From an uncultured bacterium (GTDB lineage Bacteria; Actinomycetota; Acidimicrobiia; Spongiisociales; ZC4RG35): 64,000 nucleotides of DNA. The notes under the pieces were generated by a model. The model did no database searches. It had not been told where the DNA came from and saw only the letters and a program-made list of their open reading frames with translations. The stretch spans positions 571,001-635,000 of the forward strand of contig CAWATW010000004.1 of NCBI GenBank assembly GCA_963785075.1, in the 5' to 3' direction. Below are positions 1-9,514 of this stretch, one piece after another. Position numbers and translations under genes: made by a program. Numbering within the stretch: the stretch's first letter is position 1; the number at the start of each line of letters is the position of its first letter.

Positions 1-1014
1 GCCGGAGTGCGGCGTGAGCACGGTCGGTGAGTCGAACCTGTGCCCCTCCGGGATCAAGGCCAATGCATCGGCGTCGATCACGAGTGGGCGGCCGGCCGAC
101 AAGGCGGCCGACACGACGTCCGCGGCATCACCCAGACCGGGCCCCACGATCAGGACCTGGTACCGATCCGGGATCGTCTCGGCGGGATAGGCGAGTACCT
201 CTGGAGCCAGCAGCTGGACAGTCTCGACGGCGGCCGACGAGACGCCGACCGCGCCGGCGCCGAAGTGCAACGCCGATCGGGCAGCCATCACCGCTGCACC
301 TACCATCCCCGACGAGCCTCCCATCACCAACACCGACCCGGCCGACCACTTGTGATCGGTGCGTTCGTGACGGGGCCGTCGAGCGTCCGATTCCTCCACC
401 ATGACCAGAGACGGCTCCCCGCCGACCAGCCCGATGTCCACGACCGCGATCTCGCCGGCGTGATCCGGACCCGCTCCGAGGAGGTGACCCGGTTTCAAGG
501 AATGGAACGAGACCGTCAGGTCGGCGTGAAATGCCGGACCGGCCACCTGACCGGTGTCTGGATCGACGCCGGAGGGCATGTCGACGGCAAGCACGGGCAC
601 CCCGCGTTCGATCCAGGGCTCGATCACATCGGGAACACCGCCGCGAAAGCCACCACCGAACAGGGCGTCGACGATGAGATCCGGTGGACTTCCGGGCTCG
701 GTGACCGGACCGATCGGGACATGAGCTGCGCGTGCGGCATCGGCGGCGGCACGGGCGACACCGGTCTTGGGCGGGGCCAGGGCGAGCACCTGGACGGACA
801 CCCCACGTGCGCGCAGATGCTTGGCCGCCACGTAGCCGTCACCGCCGTTGTTCCCCGGACCGGCGAGCACAACCACCCGCTTCCCGTAGCCGGCACCCAT
901 ACGAGCGGCTTCGATCGCGACTGCGACTCCTGCGCGCTCCATCAGCGTCGAGACCGGGGTCGTCGAGTCCGAATCGAGACGGGCAGATTCCTCGGAGGAA
1001 AGAACCGGTTTCAT
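1..1014 (-). CDS. nnr: Bifunctional NAD(P)H-hydrate epimerase/dehydratase (YjeF), truncated at window start
   Basis: Not in the ORF track because it runs off the edge. Manual reverse translation from ATG at 1014 gives MKPVLSSEESARLD...MGAGYGKRVVVLAGPGNNGGDGYVAAKHL, the YjeF-N GNNGGDG motif. Confidence 0.9.
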   Translation of the reverse strand, partial: MKPVLSSEESARLDSDSTTPVSTLMERAGVAVAIEAARMGAGYGKRVVVLAGPGNNGGDGYVAAKHLRARGVSVQVLALAPPKTGVARAAADAARAAHVPIGPVTEPGSPPDLIVDALFGGGFRGGVPDVIEPWIERGVPVLAVDMPSGVDPDTGQVAGPAFHADLTVSFHSLKPGHLLGAGPDHAGEIAVVDIGLVGGEPSLVMVEESDARRPRHERTDHKWSAGSVLVMGGSSGMVGAAVMAARSALHFGAGAVGVSSAAVETVQLLAPEVLAYPAETIPDRYQVLIVGPGLGDAADVVSAALSAGRPLVIDADALALIPEGHRFDSPTVLTPHSG

Positions 1015-1172
1015 GATCCCGATCGTACGTGATTCGTCTCGAACACCTACACCACCGTCGGCGATGGTCGACCAGGGGTGGTGGGATCGCCCACCGAAGG
1101 TCAGACCCTCGATGCCACCAGGCGGAGGGGCAGCCGCCGCCCGGCCGGAGGTTGGTGATGAGTGAGGCACAT

Positions 1173-1205
1173 CGGATGGGGGACGGCTTCGGTCGTCCCC
1201 CATCC
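1173..1205. terminator. GC-rich hairpin with cUUCGg loop in the nnr-acpS intergenic region
   Basis: GGATGGGGGACGGC-TTCG-GTCGTCCCCCATCC, a 14-bp stem with one G-U pair; function unassigned. Confidence 0.5.
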
Positions 1206-1308
1206 ACCAAAGCCGACGAATACGGCCCACGCCGGCCTGACCCACGGCGACCCCAACACGAGCCATACGTCGTGCGCGCGCGATGCCACCCGCGTAGTCT
1301 CCCCACTC

Positions 1309-1686
1309 ATGAACATCCTGGGTCTCGGAGTCGATCTTGCCGACATCGATCGGGTCGAGGACGTGCTCGCCAAGTACCCGCGCTTCGCCGAACGCTGCTT
1401 CACCCGGCACGAACAGGAGTACGCGTCGAAGTTCGCCAAGCCCGGCAGGCGTTTCGCAGCACGCTTTGCCGGCAAGGAGGCCGTGATGAAGTCGCTCGGC
1501 ACCGGATGGCGACGTCTCCGCTGGACCGACGTCGAGATCACCGGAGGCGGCAAACCCACAGTCCGTCTCTACAACGATGCCGCACGTCGCGCCGAAATGA
1601 TGGGCGTGACCGAGATACTGGTGACCATCACCCACACCGACACCACTGCCCTCGTCATGGCCGTCGCCGTGGGTCACCACGACTGA
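1309..1686 (+). CDS. acpS: Holo-[acyl-carrier-protein] synthase
   Basis: MNILGLGVDLADIDR...FAARFAGKEAVMKSLGTG...VTITHT; AcpS GxD and AKEA-like motifs. Confidence 0.92.
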   Translation: MNILGLGVDLADIDRVEDVLAKYPRFAERCFTRHEQEYASKFAKPGRRFAARFAGKEAVMKSLGTGWRRLRWTDVEITGGGKPTVRLYNDAARRAEMMGVTEILVTITHTDTTALVMAVAVGHHD

Positions 1687-1706
1687 GCCCCCGGCCTTCC
1701 GCCACG

Positions 1707-1744
1707 GCAGTACTGAGTACCGAGTACCGAGTACTCAGTACTGC
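1707..1744. repeat. Palindromic heptamer array (GAGTAC[C/T])n between convergent acpS and glmS; possible bidirectional terminator
   Basis: GCAGTACTGAGTAC-CGAGTACCGA-GTACTCAGTACTGC, a perfect 14-bp stem built from 7-mers. Confidence 0.8.
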
Positions 1745-1756
1745 GAGCGCAGCGAG

Positions 1757-3586
1757 CTACTCGACCGTGACCGTTTTGGCCAGGTTTCGCGGCTTGTCGA
1801 CGTCGAGGCCTTTGGCTGTTGCCACGTGATAAGCGAGGAGCTGGAGCGGGACCACAGCGAGCACCGTGCATATGAGGTCGGGGCTGTCGGGCAGCACCAC
1901 GACATGGTCAGCCAGCTCTGCTGCCTCGGCTTCCACGCCGGGCTCTACCAGCATGAGGATCGTTCCGCCGCGGGCTTTCATCTCCTGCATGTTCGACATG
2001 GTTTTGGCCCGGATCTTGGTGTCCATCGCCACGCCGACCACGACGACGCCCGGTTCGATGAGCGCGATGGGACCGTGTTTCATCTCTCCGGCGGCGTAAC
2101 CCTCCGCCCGCACGTACGCAATCTCCTTGAGCTTCAACGCACCTTCCATGGCCACCGGGAAATCCCCGGACCGGCCCAGGAAGAAGAAGTCGCGGACGTC
2201 ACCCCACTGTGCGCTCATGTCGAGGATCTGCGCGTCCAGCTCGAGCGCAGTCCGCATCTTGTCGGGAAGCGCCGTGAGCTCTTCGATCATGTGGCCGATG
2301 GTCCCCGGATCGAGGGTGCCACGAACCTGGGCGATGTAGAGACCAAGCAGCTGCATCGCAACGAGCTGGGTGGTGAAGGTCTTGGTGGCGGCGACACCGA
2401 TCTCAGGTCCGGCACGCGTGTAGAGAACGGCATCGGACTCGCGGGCCAGCGCCGAGTCGACGACGTTGGTGACTCCGATCAAGGTCGATCCCTGCGCTCG
2501 GGCGTACCGGATCGCCGCCAGCGTGTCGAGGGTCTCACCCGACTGGCTGATGCCGATCACCAGGCTCCGACCGTCGAGCACGGGGTCCCGATATCGGAAC
2601 TCGGAGGCGATGTCGATCTCAACCGGCAGCCGGGTCCACCGTTCGATTGCGTACTTGGCCATCATCGCCGCGTGGTACGAGGTGCCACACGCGAGCACGA
2701 ACACCTTGTCGACCATGCGGAGGATCTGCTCGGGGAGCTCGAGCTCACGCAGCGTCACCGCTCCTCTCTCGTCCACCCGGCCACGCAAGGTGTCGGCGAT
2801 GGCTTGGGGCTGCTCGTGGATCTCCTTCAGCATGAACGTCGGATAGCCGCCCTTCTCGGCCGCCTCCAAGTCCCATTCGATCGTGCGCTCGACCGGCTCG
2901 ACAACCTCTCCAGAGAGATCGGACACCCTCACCTCGTCGGCACGGAGCTCGACGACGCGATCGTCGTCGATCACCACCATACGCCGAGTGTGCTCGAGGA
3001 AAGCCGGGATGTCGGAGGCCAGGAAGTTCTCACCGTCACCCTTGCCCACGACGAGTGGACTGCCGCGACGGGCTCCCACGAGCACCTCCGGCTCGTCGGC
3101 CCGGAGCACGCCGAGCGCCATGGCACCCTCGGCGATGACCATCACCTTGCGAACGGCGTCGACGAGCGACAGATCATCCATCTCTTCGATCAGGTGGGCT
3201 ATCACTTCGGTGTCCGTGTCGGACCCGAAGACATGGCCGCGGTCGAGTAGCCCCTGTTTCAGCTCCGCCCAGTTCTCGATGATCCCGTTGTGGACCACGG
3301 CCACCTTCGAGCTGCAGTCGAAGTGCGGATGTGCGTTCATGGTGTTCGGTGCGCCGTGGGTCGCCCAGCGGGTGTGACCGACGCCGGTATTGCCGACCGG
3401 CGCATCCGATTGCAGCGACTTCTCGAGTTCGGCGATCCTGCCTACCTGCTTGACGATGGCGATGCCGTCGGCGGTCTGCACGGAGACTCCCGCAGAGTCA
3501 TATCCACGGTATTCGAGTCGTTCCAGACCCGGAACCAGTATGTCCAGGACCGGACGCGGCCCCACATATCCAACGATGCCACACAT
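1757..3586 (-). CDS. glmS: Glutamine--fructose-6-phosphate aminotransferase
   Basis: MCGIVG N-terminal nucleophile, GHTRWATHG, C-terminal PRNLAKTVTVE. Confidence 0.98.
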   Translation of the reverse strand: MCGIVGYVGPRPVLDILVPGLERLEYRGYDSAGVSVQTADGIAIVKQVGRIAELEKSLQSDAPVGNTGVGHTRWATHGAPNTMNAHPHFDCSSKVAVVHNGIIENWAELKQGLLDRGHVFGSDTDTEVIAHLIEEMDDLSLVDAVRKVMVIAEGAMALGVLRADEPEVLVGARRGSPLVVGKGDGENFLASDIPAFLEHTRRMVVIDDDRVVELRADEVRVSDLSGEVVEPVERTIEWDLEAAEKGGYPTFMLKEIHEQPQAIADTLRGRVDERGAVTLRELELPEQILRMVDKVFVLACGTSYHAAMMAKYAIERWTRLPVEIDIASEFRYRDPVLDGRSLVIGISQSGETLDTLAAIRYARAQGSTLIGVTNVVDSALARESDAVLYTRAGPEIGVAATKTFTTQLVAMQLLGLYIAQVRGTLDPGTIGHMIEELTALPDKMRTALELDAQILDMSAQWGDVRDFFFLGRSGDFPVAMEGALKLKEIAYVRAEGYAAGEMKHGPIALIEPGVVVVGVAMDTKIRAKTMSNMQEMKARGGTILMLVEPGVEAEAAELADHVVVLPDSPDLICTVLAVVPLQLLAYHVATAKGLDVDKPRNLAKTVTVE

Positions 3587-3659
3587 GGTGTTCTCCCATT
3601 CTCAAAGGGCGCGGACAATCACATGTCCACATGCGGGCGGAATCGTCCAGGACCGGGCG

Positions 3660-3815
3660 GTCCTGCCCACCTCGTCGGGGCTTCTGTCGCCGGAGTCACC
3701 TCCGGGTTTTGGTCCCTGACGTCACGACCGTGGGAAGCCGGGAAGGTACCCGCCGAATAGTTCGATGACCTTCCTCCTCGTCACCTGAGCGGTGCTCAGG
3801 TCTGGCGCTGTGTCG
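3660..3815 (-). ncRNA. glmS ribozyme (GlcN6P-activated riboswitch)
   Basis: Minus strand reads AGCGCCAGACCTGAGC-ACC-GCTCAGGT-GACGAGG-AGGAAGGTCATCGAACTATTCGGCGGGTACCTTCCCGG...AAAACCCGGAGGTGACTCCGGCGACAGA, matching the glmS core (AGCGCC, GACGAGG, ATCGAA...TCGGCGG, GGTGAC) and lying directly 5' of glmS. Confidence 0.9.
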
Positions 3816-3835
3816 ATTGTCGATTCCGCCGTTGT

Positions 3836-5185
3836 TCAGTCGTTCGATTCCTCCTCTCCCAATTCCGCCGTCACGACTGCGGCGATCTCGTCAGCGTAGC
3901 GGTGAGCGAGCTCCTCGGAAGATGCTTCCACCATCACCCGCACCAGAGGTTCGGTGCCGGAAGCACGTACGAGCACCCGACCGTCGTCTCCGAGAGCCGA
4001 TTCGGTGTCGGCTACCGCGGCCCAGACCGCGGCGCACCCTTCGAGGCCGTCGCGGTCGGCAACCTTGATATTCAGAAGCACCTGTGGGTATTCGACCATG
4101 GCCTCCGCACGCAGGTCCCGCAGCTGACGGCCGGTGCCCGCCATCACCTCGAGCAACCTGATCCCGCTGAGAAGCCCATCGCCGGTCCGCGCCCGGTCGA
4201 GAAAGATGACATGACCGGACTGCTCGCCACCGAGCACCGCCCGATGCTCACGCATCGCCTCCATCACGTAACGATCGCCGACCTTGGTCTGGACGAGCGT
4301 GATCCCGGCCTCGGTGAGAGCCTTTCGAAATCCCAGGTTGGACATGACGGTTGCGACGACAGTGTCGTTCGAGAGCTTGCCGATGGCCTTCCAGTGGCGA
4401 GCGATGATCGCCATGACCACATCTCCGTTGGCGATCACGCCATCTTCGTCGACGGCGATCATCCGGTCGGCGTCGCCGTCGAACGCAAATCCCACGCGAC
4501 CCCGGACCTGCGCCGCCAAGGCCGCCGGGTGGGTCGCCCCACATCCCTCGTTGATGTTCATTCCGGACGGCTCGGCGAACGCCACGTCGACGTTGGCCTT
4601 GAGACGTTGGAAGAGCGTAGGCGCCGCCCGGTACGCAGCACCGTTGGCGCAGTCGAGAAGCAGGTCGATCCCATTGAACGAGTACGAGGCTCCGGCCACC
4701 ATTTCGCCGACGTACCGGTCCAGCGCATGATCGTCCCAGAATCTGGTTCCGACGTTCGCCCCGAACGGAACGGTCCGAGAGCCGCTGGACCGGAGCCTCG
4801 CTTCGATCCGATCCTCTTCGGAGTCTTTGAGTTTTCCGCCGGAGGCGCCGAGCAGCTTGATCCCGTTGTCGGGAGCCGGGTTGTGCGACGCGCTCACCAC
4901 GGCGCCCATCTCGGCCTCGGAGCGGGCAGTGAGGAGACTGATGCCGCCCGAAGGCATCACGCCCACGTCGATCGTGTCGACCCCGGCCGAGTGAAAACCT
5001 GCCTGGAGGGCTGCGGACAGCATCTCACCAGAGCGTCGGGTGTCGCGACCGACCAGCACGGATCCCCCGGAAAGGAGAGACCCGGCGGCTCGCCCGATAG
5101 ACAGGGCGAACTCCGGGGTCAGCTCCACGTTGGCGACACCTCGAACACCGTCGGTGCCGAAGAGACGTACGCCGTCTTTCAACAT
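3836..5185 (-). CDS. glmM: Phosphoglucosamine mutase
   Basis: LFGTDGVRG, SASHNP active site, DGDADR, GGEQSGH. Confidence 0.97.
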   Translation of the reverse strand: MLKDGVRLFGTDGVRGVANVELTPEFALSIGRAAGSLLSGGSVLVGRDTRRSGEMLSAALQAGFHSAGVDTIDVGVMPSGGISLLTARSEAEMGAVVSASHNPAPDNGIKLLGASGGKLKDSEEDRIEARLRSSGSRTVPFGANVGTRFWDDHALDRYVGEMVAGASYSFNGIDLLLDCANGAAYRAAPTLFQRLKANVDVAFAEPSGMNINEGCGATHPAALAAQVRGRVGFAFDGDADRMIAVDEDGVIANGDVVMAIIARHWKAIGKLSNDTVVATVMSNLGFRKALTEAGITLVQTKVGDRYVMEAMREHRAVLGGEQSGHVIFLDRARTGDGLLSGIRLLEVMAGTGRQLRDLRAEAMVEYPQVLLNIKVADRDGLEGCAAVWAAVADTESALGDDGRVLVRASGTEPLVRVMVEASSEELAHRYADEIAAVVTAELGEEESND

Positions 5186-5198
5186 CGACGGAGACGAC

Positions 5199-5591
5199 TC
5201 AGCGCTTGGTGAACTGCGGCGCCCTGCGCGCCTTGCGCAGACCGTACTTCTTGCGCTCGACCACCCGAGCGTCCCGGGTCAGCATGCCCGCCTTCTTGAG
5301 GGTGGGCCGAAGCTCGGGATCGAGTTCGATGAGCGCACGAGAGATGCCGAGACGGAGGGCATCGGCCTGTCCGGTGGTACCGCCCCCCTCGAGGGTGGCG
5401 TCGATGTCATACCGTCCTTGTGTACCGGTGAGTTGGAGCGGCTCTACGACACGGAGCCGGGCTGCCATGGTCGAGAAATAGCGCTCGAGGGGCTTGCCGT
5501 TGAGCGTCACCTGCCCGCTCCCGTCGCGCAGCCGCACGCGCGCGACCGACTCCTTGCGGCGGCCGGTGGCCTGTATGAGGGGCTTCGACAT
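5199..5591 (-). CDS. rpsI: 30S ribosomal protein S9
   Basis: TGRRKESVARV...ERKKYGLRKARRAPQFTKR. Confidence 0.98.
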   Translation of the reverse strand: MSKPLIQATGRRKESVARVRLRDGSGQVTLNGKPLERYFSTMAARLRVVEPLQLTGTQGRYDIDATLEGGGTTGQADALRLGISRALIELDPELRPTLKKAGMLTRDARVVERKKYGLRKARRAPQFTKR

Positions 5592-6049
5592 CAGGCATCA
5601 ACCTTTCGAATATCGAACGTCAGCGGCTGCGGCTTCTGGGCAGCATGGGGATGGTCCGGACCTGCGTACACCTTGATCTTGCGACCCATGTGACGGCCCA
5701 ACTTGTTCTTCGGCAGCATGCCCTTCACCGCCCGCTCCACGATTGCCTCGGGACGGCGATTGCGGAGGGCTTCGAAAGACTCGGCCTTGAGGCCGCCCGG
5801 GAAACCGGAGTGGCGGTAGTAGATCTTGTCCTGGCTCTTGCCCGACGTGACCGCGACACGGTCGGCGTTGACGACGATCACGAAGTCTCCGCCGTCCACG
5901 TGGGGGGCGAACGTCGGCTTGTGCTTGCCGCGAATGACCTTCGCCACTTCGGACGCGAGTCGTCCGAGCGGAAGATCGGCGGCGTCGACGACCCACCAAT
6001 CGTGGGAGAGGTCATCGGGCTTGGGGCTGTAGGTCTTGTTGTTGGTCAT
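5591..6049 (-). CDS. rplM: 50S ribosomal protein L13
   Basis: [37 protein letters not shown]; start taken at ATG 6049. Confidence 0.97.
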   Translation of the reverse strand: MTNNKTYSPKPDDLSHDWWVVDAADLPLGRLASEVAKVIRGKHKPTFAPHVDGGDFVIVVNADRVAVTSGKSQDKIYYRHSGFPGGLKAESFEALRNRRPEAIVERAVKGMLPKNKLGRHMGRKIKVYAGPDHPHAAQKPQPLTFDIRKVDA

Positions 6050-6217
6050 AGCAATCCAAACGGTCGTGGCAGACCGGGGTATCTCGGGTGGGAAACGAGA
6101 TGCTCGGAACGAGCAGCCGACAGGATACCGGTTACGCCTTCGGGACACAATCTCGGGTGTCGCCAGGTCGGTCGGACGCACCGAACCGCCGGAACGCAGA
6201 CACCGGGCAACGCCCGA

Positions 6218-7570
6218 TCACTCTGCCGGCTCAGGGAGCGGCAGCGGATCTCCACTCACGAAGGCGGCGATCGCAGGGCCCGCCTCCTCGGTGCGGACGA
6301 CGTAGGACACCCCACCCTCCGTGGAGATGACGACCGGCAACGCCATCGACTCGGACTCGGAGGCGAGAACGAAACGCGCACCGAAGAACCCGAGATTCCA
6401 CGAGTGCGTCGAATCGCCCACCCGGATCGCCGACGTCACCGCGGGGACCAGGCCTGGAACACGGATGACGCCCGCGGGGCTCAGAGCTTTGCCGATCACT
6501 GCCTCGAGCACCTCGCGCTGGCGGGAAGTCCGAACGACGTCGCCGCCGTCGGTGCCCCGCCAATCACCGTCTCGGAGCTCCTCTGTGCTCCTGGATCGAA
6601 CATAGGCAAGGGCGGTGGCCCCGTCGATGACCTGGGTCCCGGCCTCGACATCGAGCCCGGACTTGAGGTCGCGTGTCGGATGATCGAAGGTCAGCTCCAC
6701 ACCGCCAACGGCATCGACGATCGACGCAAACCCCCCGAACTCGACCTCGAGGTATTGGTGGATCGGAATCCCCAGATCTTCCTGGATGGTGGCTGCCAGG
6801 AGATCTCCGCCCCCGTATGCGTAGGCGGCATTGATCTTGTCCGTTCCCTGGCCGGGAACTCCCACCTTCAGGTCTCGAGGCAGGCTCAGCATCTGCACGG
6901 TCCCGCCGGAAACGTGGGCGAGGATGATCACGTCTGCCCTCTGGCCTTCGAACGTACCGAAGCGTCCTTCGAGGTCGTCGGGCAAGTTCTCGCGTGAGTC
7001 GCTTCCGACGATCAGGTAGGTCTCCGGCCCCGGCCCCCCGGCGATGGACGGCGTCTCGACGCGGGAGAGCTGACTCTCCACCCACACGAGTCCGAGTGCG
7101 GCGATTGCGACGAGGACGAAGAGAAGGAGCAGCAGACGTCGAAGGAAACGGCCGCGCCTGCGCCCGGCCTTCTTCTTCGGCGGCGTTGGTGAAGTCGGTG
7201 TGTCACGCACGGGAGGCACCGAGCCGCCACCAGACCGGTGCGGCGGCTGAAGAGGACTCGGGGCGGCCGGGACACCAGCCTGAACTTGTGACGGGGTCAC
7301 CACCGGCATCATCGCGGTGCGATCGGCCGGCGCCGGGAGGTCCTCCTCAGGTTTCACTTGTGGAGGGGGCGTCATCATCCGGGTCGCGGCATCGCCGTAG
7401 CGACGATCCTCCGAATCGGAATCGCCGGGCGCATCGTCGGGATGTTCTTTCGCCGGGTCGACGGTGGCGACGACCTCCCGCGGCGGCACGCCGGGAGAAG
7501 GCTCCGCCGTCGATCGAGCTTTCCACGGCTGTCCCGGCTGCCAATGATCTTCGTGTTGTTCGTCGGCCAT
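6218..7570 (-). CDS. LCP (LytR-CpsA-Psr) family cell-wall ligase with Pro-rich N-terminus
   Basis: TM helix, then LIVGSDSR, RADVIIL, SLPRD, KINAAYAYGG, ALAYVRSR, RTSRQR; start uncertain (7570-7633). Confidence 0.88.
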   Translation of the reverse strand: MADEQHEDHWQPGQPWKARSTAEPSPGVPPREVVATVDPAKEHPDDAPGDSDSEDRRYGDAATRMMTPPPQVKPEEDLPAPADRTAMMPVVTPSQVQAGVPAAPSPLQPPHRSGGGSVPPVRDTPTSPTPPKKKAGRRRGRFLRRLLLLLFVLVAIAALGLVWVESQLSRVETPSIAGGPGPETYLIVGSDSRENLPDDLEGRFGTFEGQRADVIILAHVSGGTVQMLSLPRDLKVGVPGQGTDKINAAYAYGGGDLLAATIQEDLGIPIHQYLEVEFGGFASIVDAVGGVELTFDHPTRDLKSGLDVEAGTQVIDGATALAYVRSRSTEELRDGDWRGTDGGDVVRTSRQREVLEAVIGKALSPAGVIRVPGLVPAVTSAIRVGDSTHSWNLGFFGARFVLASESESMALPVVISTEGGVSYVVRTEEAGPAIAAFVSGDPLPLPEPAE

Positions 7571-7863
7571 GGTGAAACCCCCTGCCCGAGTCTCGATGGG
7601 CACATCGGGCCCTGACATGAGAGAGCGACGCATTCAGCGCCGCGGCAGCTCACAAGCTACTCCACCGAGGAGCCTACTGGTCGGCCCCCTCAGAATCTGC
7701 TCCAGGGTGCGCTGACGGGCTTGCACCTGCTCGACGTCTTCGGCAAGGCTCGGTATCGGGTCGTGCAACGGCACGCTATCGGGCCGACAGACCGAGCCAT
7801 GTGGCGGCGGTATCGTCGACACCAGATGGTCCCGACCGCATTGTCGGCCCGGTCCCGACGCCC

Positions 7864-8502
7864 TCAGATGAGCGGCGGTAGGTCGGTGACCGAGTCGATA
7901 CGCCGTTCCGAGTCTCCGAGCCCAAGCGGATCGACCAGCCAGGCGACGTCGAATCCGGCGCCAAGGGCACCACCGACATCGTGATACTCGGAGTCGCCGA
8001 CATACCAACAGCGCGCCGGGTCGACGTCGAGCTCGCGGCACGCCAGTTCGAAGATCTGTCGGTCGGGCTTCGAGACCCCGACGATGGCCGAGTCGACGAT
8101 CGCTTCGAACAGGGAAGCCATCTCTGCGTCGACGAGCGACTGTTCCACCGAACCGTCGCTGTTGGAGATGACGGCGACCCTCACCCCCGACTCCCGGATG
8201 CGGTCGACCGCCTCCCGGACGCCGGGCAAGGCGAATCGCCAGAGACCCCGACCCTTGTCGATCGACGCTCCGGCGGTGGCCGGCGCAGGGTGGCCCAGCA
8301 ACTGGAAATACCGCTCCAGCCACCACTCCCACGACGCGGCGTTCCCTTCGGCCTTCATCGTCGAGAATTCGGCCATCGCTCGATAGTGCGCCTCGAATGC
8401 CATGTCCGGATCGATGGCGAAGTCGAGAAGGACGCCCAAGTCACCTGGATGCTGGAGCACGAGGGTTCCACCGGCGTCGAAGAAAATGGCCTCGGGTTTC
8501 AT
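7864..8502 (-). CDS. HAD-superfamily hydrolase
   Basis: IFFDAGGTLV motif I, VISN, KPDRQIF, YVGDSEYHDVGGA. Confidence 0.88.
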   Translation of the reverse strand: MKPEAIFFDAGGTLVLQHPGDLGVLLDFAIDPDMAFEAHYRAMAEFSTMKAEGNAASWEWWLERYFQLLGHPAPATAGASIDKGRGLWRFALPGVREAVDRIRESGVRVAVISNSDGSVEQSLVDAEMASLFEAIVDSAIVGVSKPDRQIFELACRELDVDPARCWYVGDSEYHDVGGALGAGFDVAWLVDPLGLGDSERRIDSVTDLPPLI

Positions 8503-8578
8503 GACAGCAGCGTACCGACGATGGCGGCGGGCGAATTCCGAGCGGGTATCGTCTCGGCTCCGGCCGGGGAGGGCATGC

Positions 8579-9490
8579 GTGAGGTTCAATCGACTGGTCA
8601 TCATCGCCATCGGCCTCTTCTCGATCGTCCTCGTGGCGGCTGCAGCCATCGAGGCAGGCGACACGCAGATGTCGGTCGCCGAAGCGTTGCTCATCGGTGT
8701 GGTCGAAGGTGTCACCGAGTTCCTCCCGATCAGCTCGACCGGACATCTCACGGTGACCGAGCAGTTGCTGGGACTGACGGCGACGCCCGACGCCGAGGCC
8801 GCCGCCGATGCCTACGCGATCGTCATCCAGGCCGGAGCGATCGTCGCAGTCCTCGGTATCTACCGCTCCCGGGTCACGACCGCCCTTGCGTCGATCTTCG
8901 GCCAGGGGCCGGACGTCGACGCCGGCCGTCGTCTGCTGGCGGCGTTGATCGGCGGATTCGCTCCGGCAGCCTTGATCGGGTTGGTACTGGACGACTGGAT
9001 CAAGGAGCGCCTCTTCGGGATCGTGCCCGTGGTGGTCGCATGGGTGATCGGCGGCGTGGTAATCCTCATGTGGAAACGGGCGGATGGTCATCGCCCGCTC
9101 GAGACCCTCGGCCTACGCCAGGGACTGGTCATCGGTGTGGCCCAGGCGTTGGCGATGTGGCCGGGCACGAGCCGCAGCCTCGTCACGATCCTCGCGGCAC
9201 TGGCACTGGGATACTCGATGTCGGCGGCGGTCGAGTTCTCGTTCCTTCTGGGGTTGGTGACGCTGGGCGCCGCCACCGTCTACGAAGCCCTCGGGTCAGG
9301 AGATCTGATCATCGAGGCGTTCGGATGGACGGCACCCATCGTCGGGTTCGTGGCGGCGTTTGCGTCGGCGGCGGTCGCGGTCAAGTGGATGGTGGCCTAC
9401 CTGAGGACCAGGAGTCTGGATGTCTTCGGGTGGTACCGGATCGCAATCGGAGTGGTGGTCGGCACCCTGGCCCTCACGGGCGTCGTATGA
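8579..9490 (+). CDS. uppP: Undecaprenyl-diphosphate phosphatase (BacA family)
   Basis: EGVTEFLPISSTGH and PGTSRS motifs; start uncertain. Confidence 0.93.
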   Translation: MRFNRLVIIAIGLFSIVLVAAAAIEAGDTQMSVAEALLIGVVEGVTEFLPISSTGHLTVTEQLLGLTATPDAEAAADAYAIVIQAGAIVAVLGIYRSRVTTALASIFGQGPDVDAGRRLLAALIGGFAPAALIGLVLDDWIKERLFGIVPVVVAWVIGGVVILMWKRADGHRPLETLGLRQGLVIGVAQALAMWPGTSRSLVTILAALALGYSMSAAVEFSFLLGLVTLGAATVYEALGSGDLIIEAFGWTAPIVGFVAAFASAAVAVKWMVAYLRTRSLDVFGWYRIAIGVVVGTLALTGVV

Positions 9491-9514
9491 CCCCAGCATC
9501 CCGAAAGGTCGGGA

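Noticed and set aside
7634-7860. Possible small gene between the HAD and LCP genes
   Set aside because: No clear start, RBS or motif.
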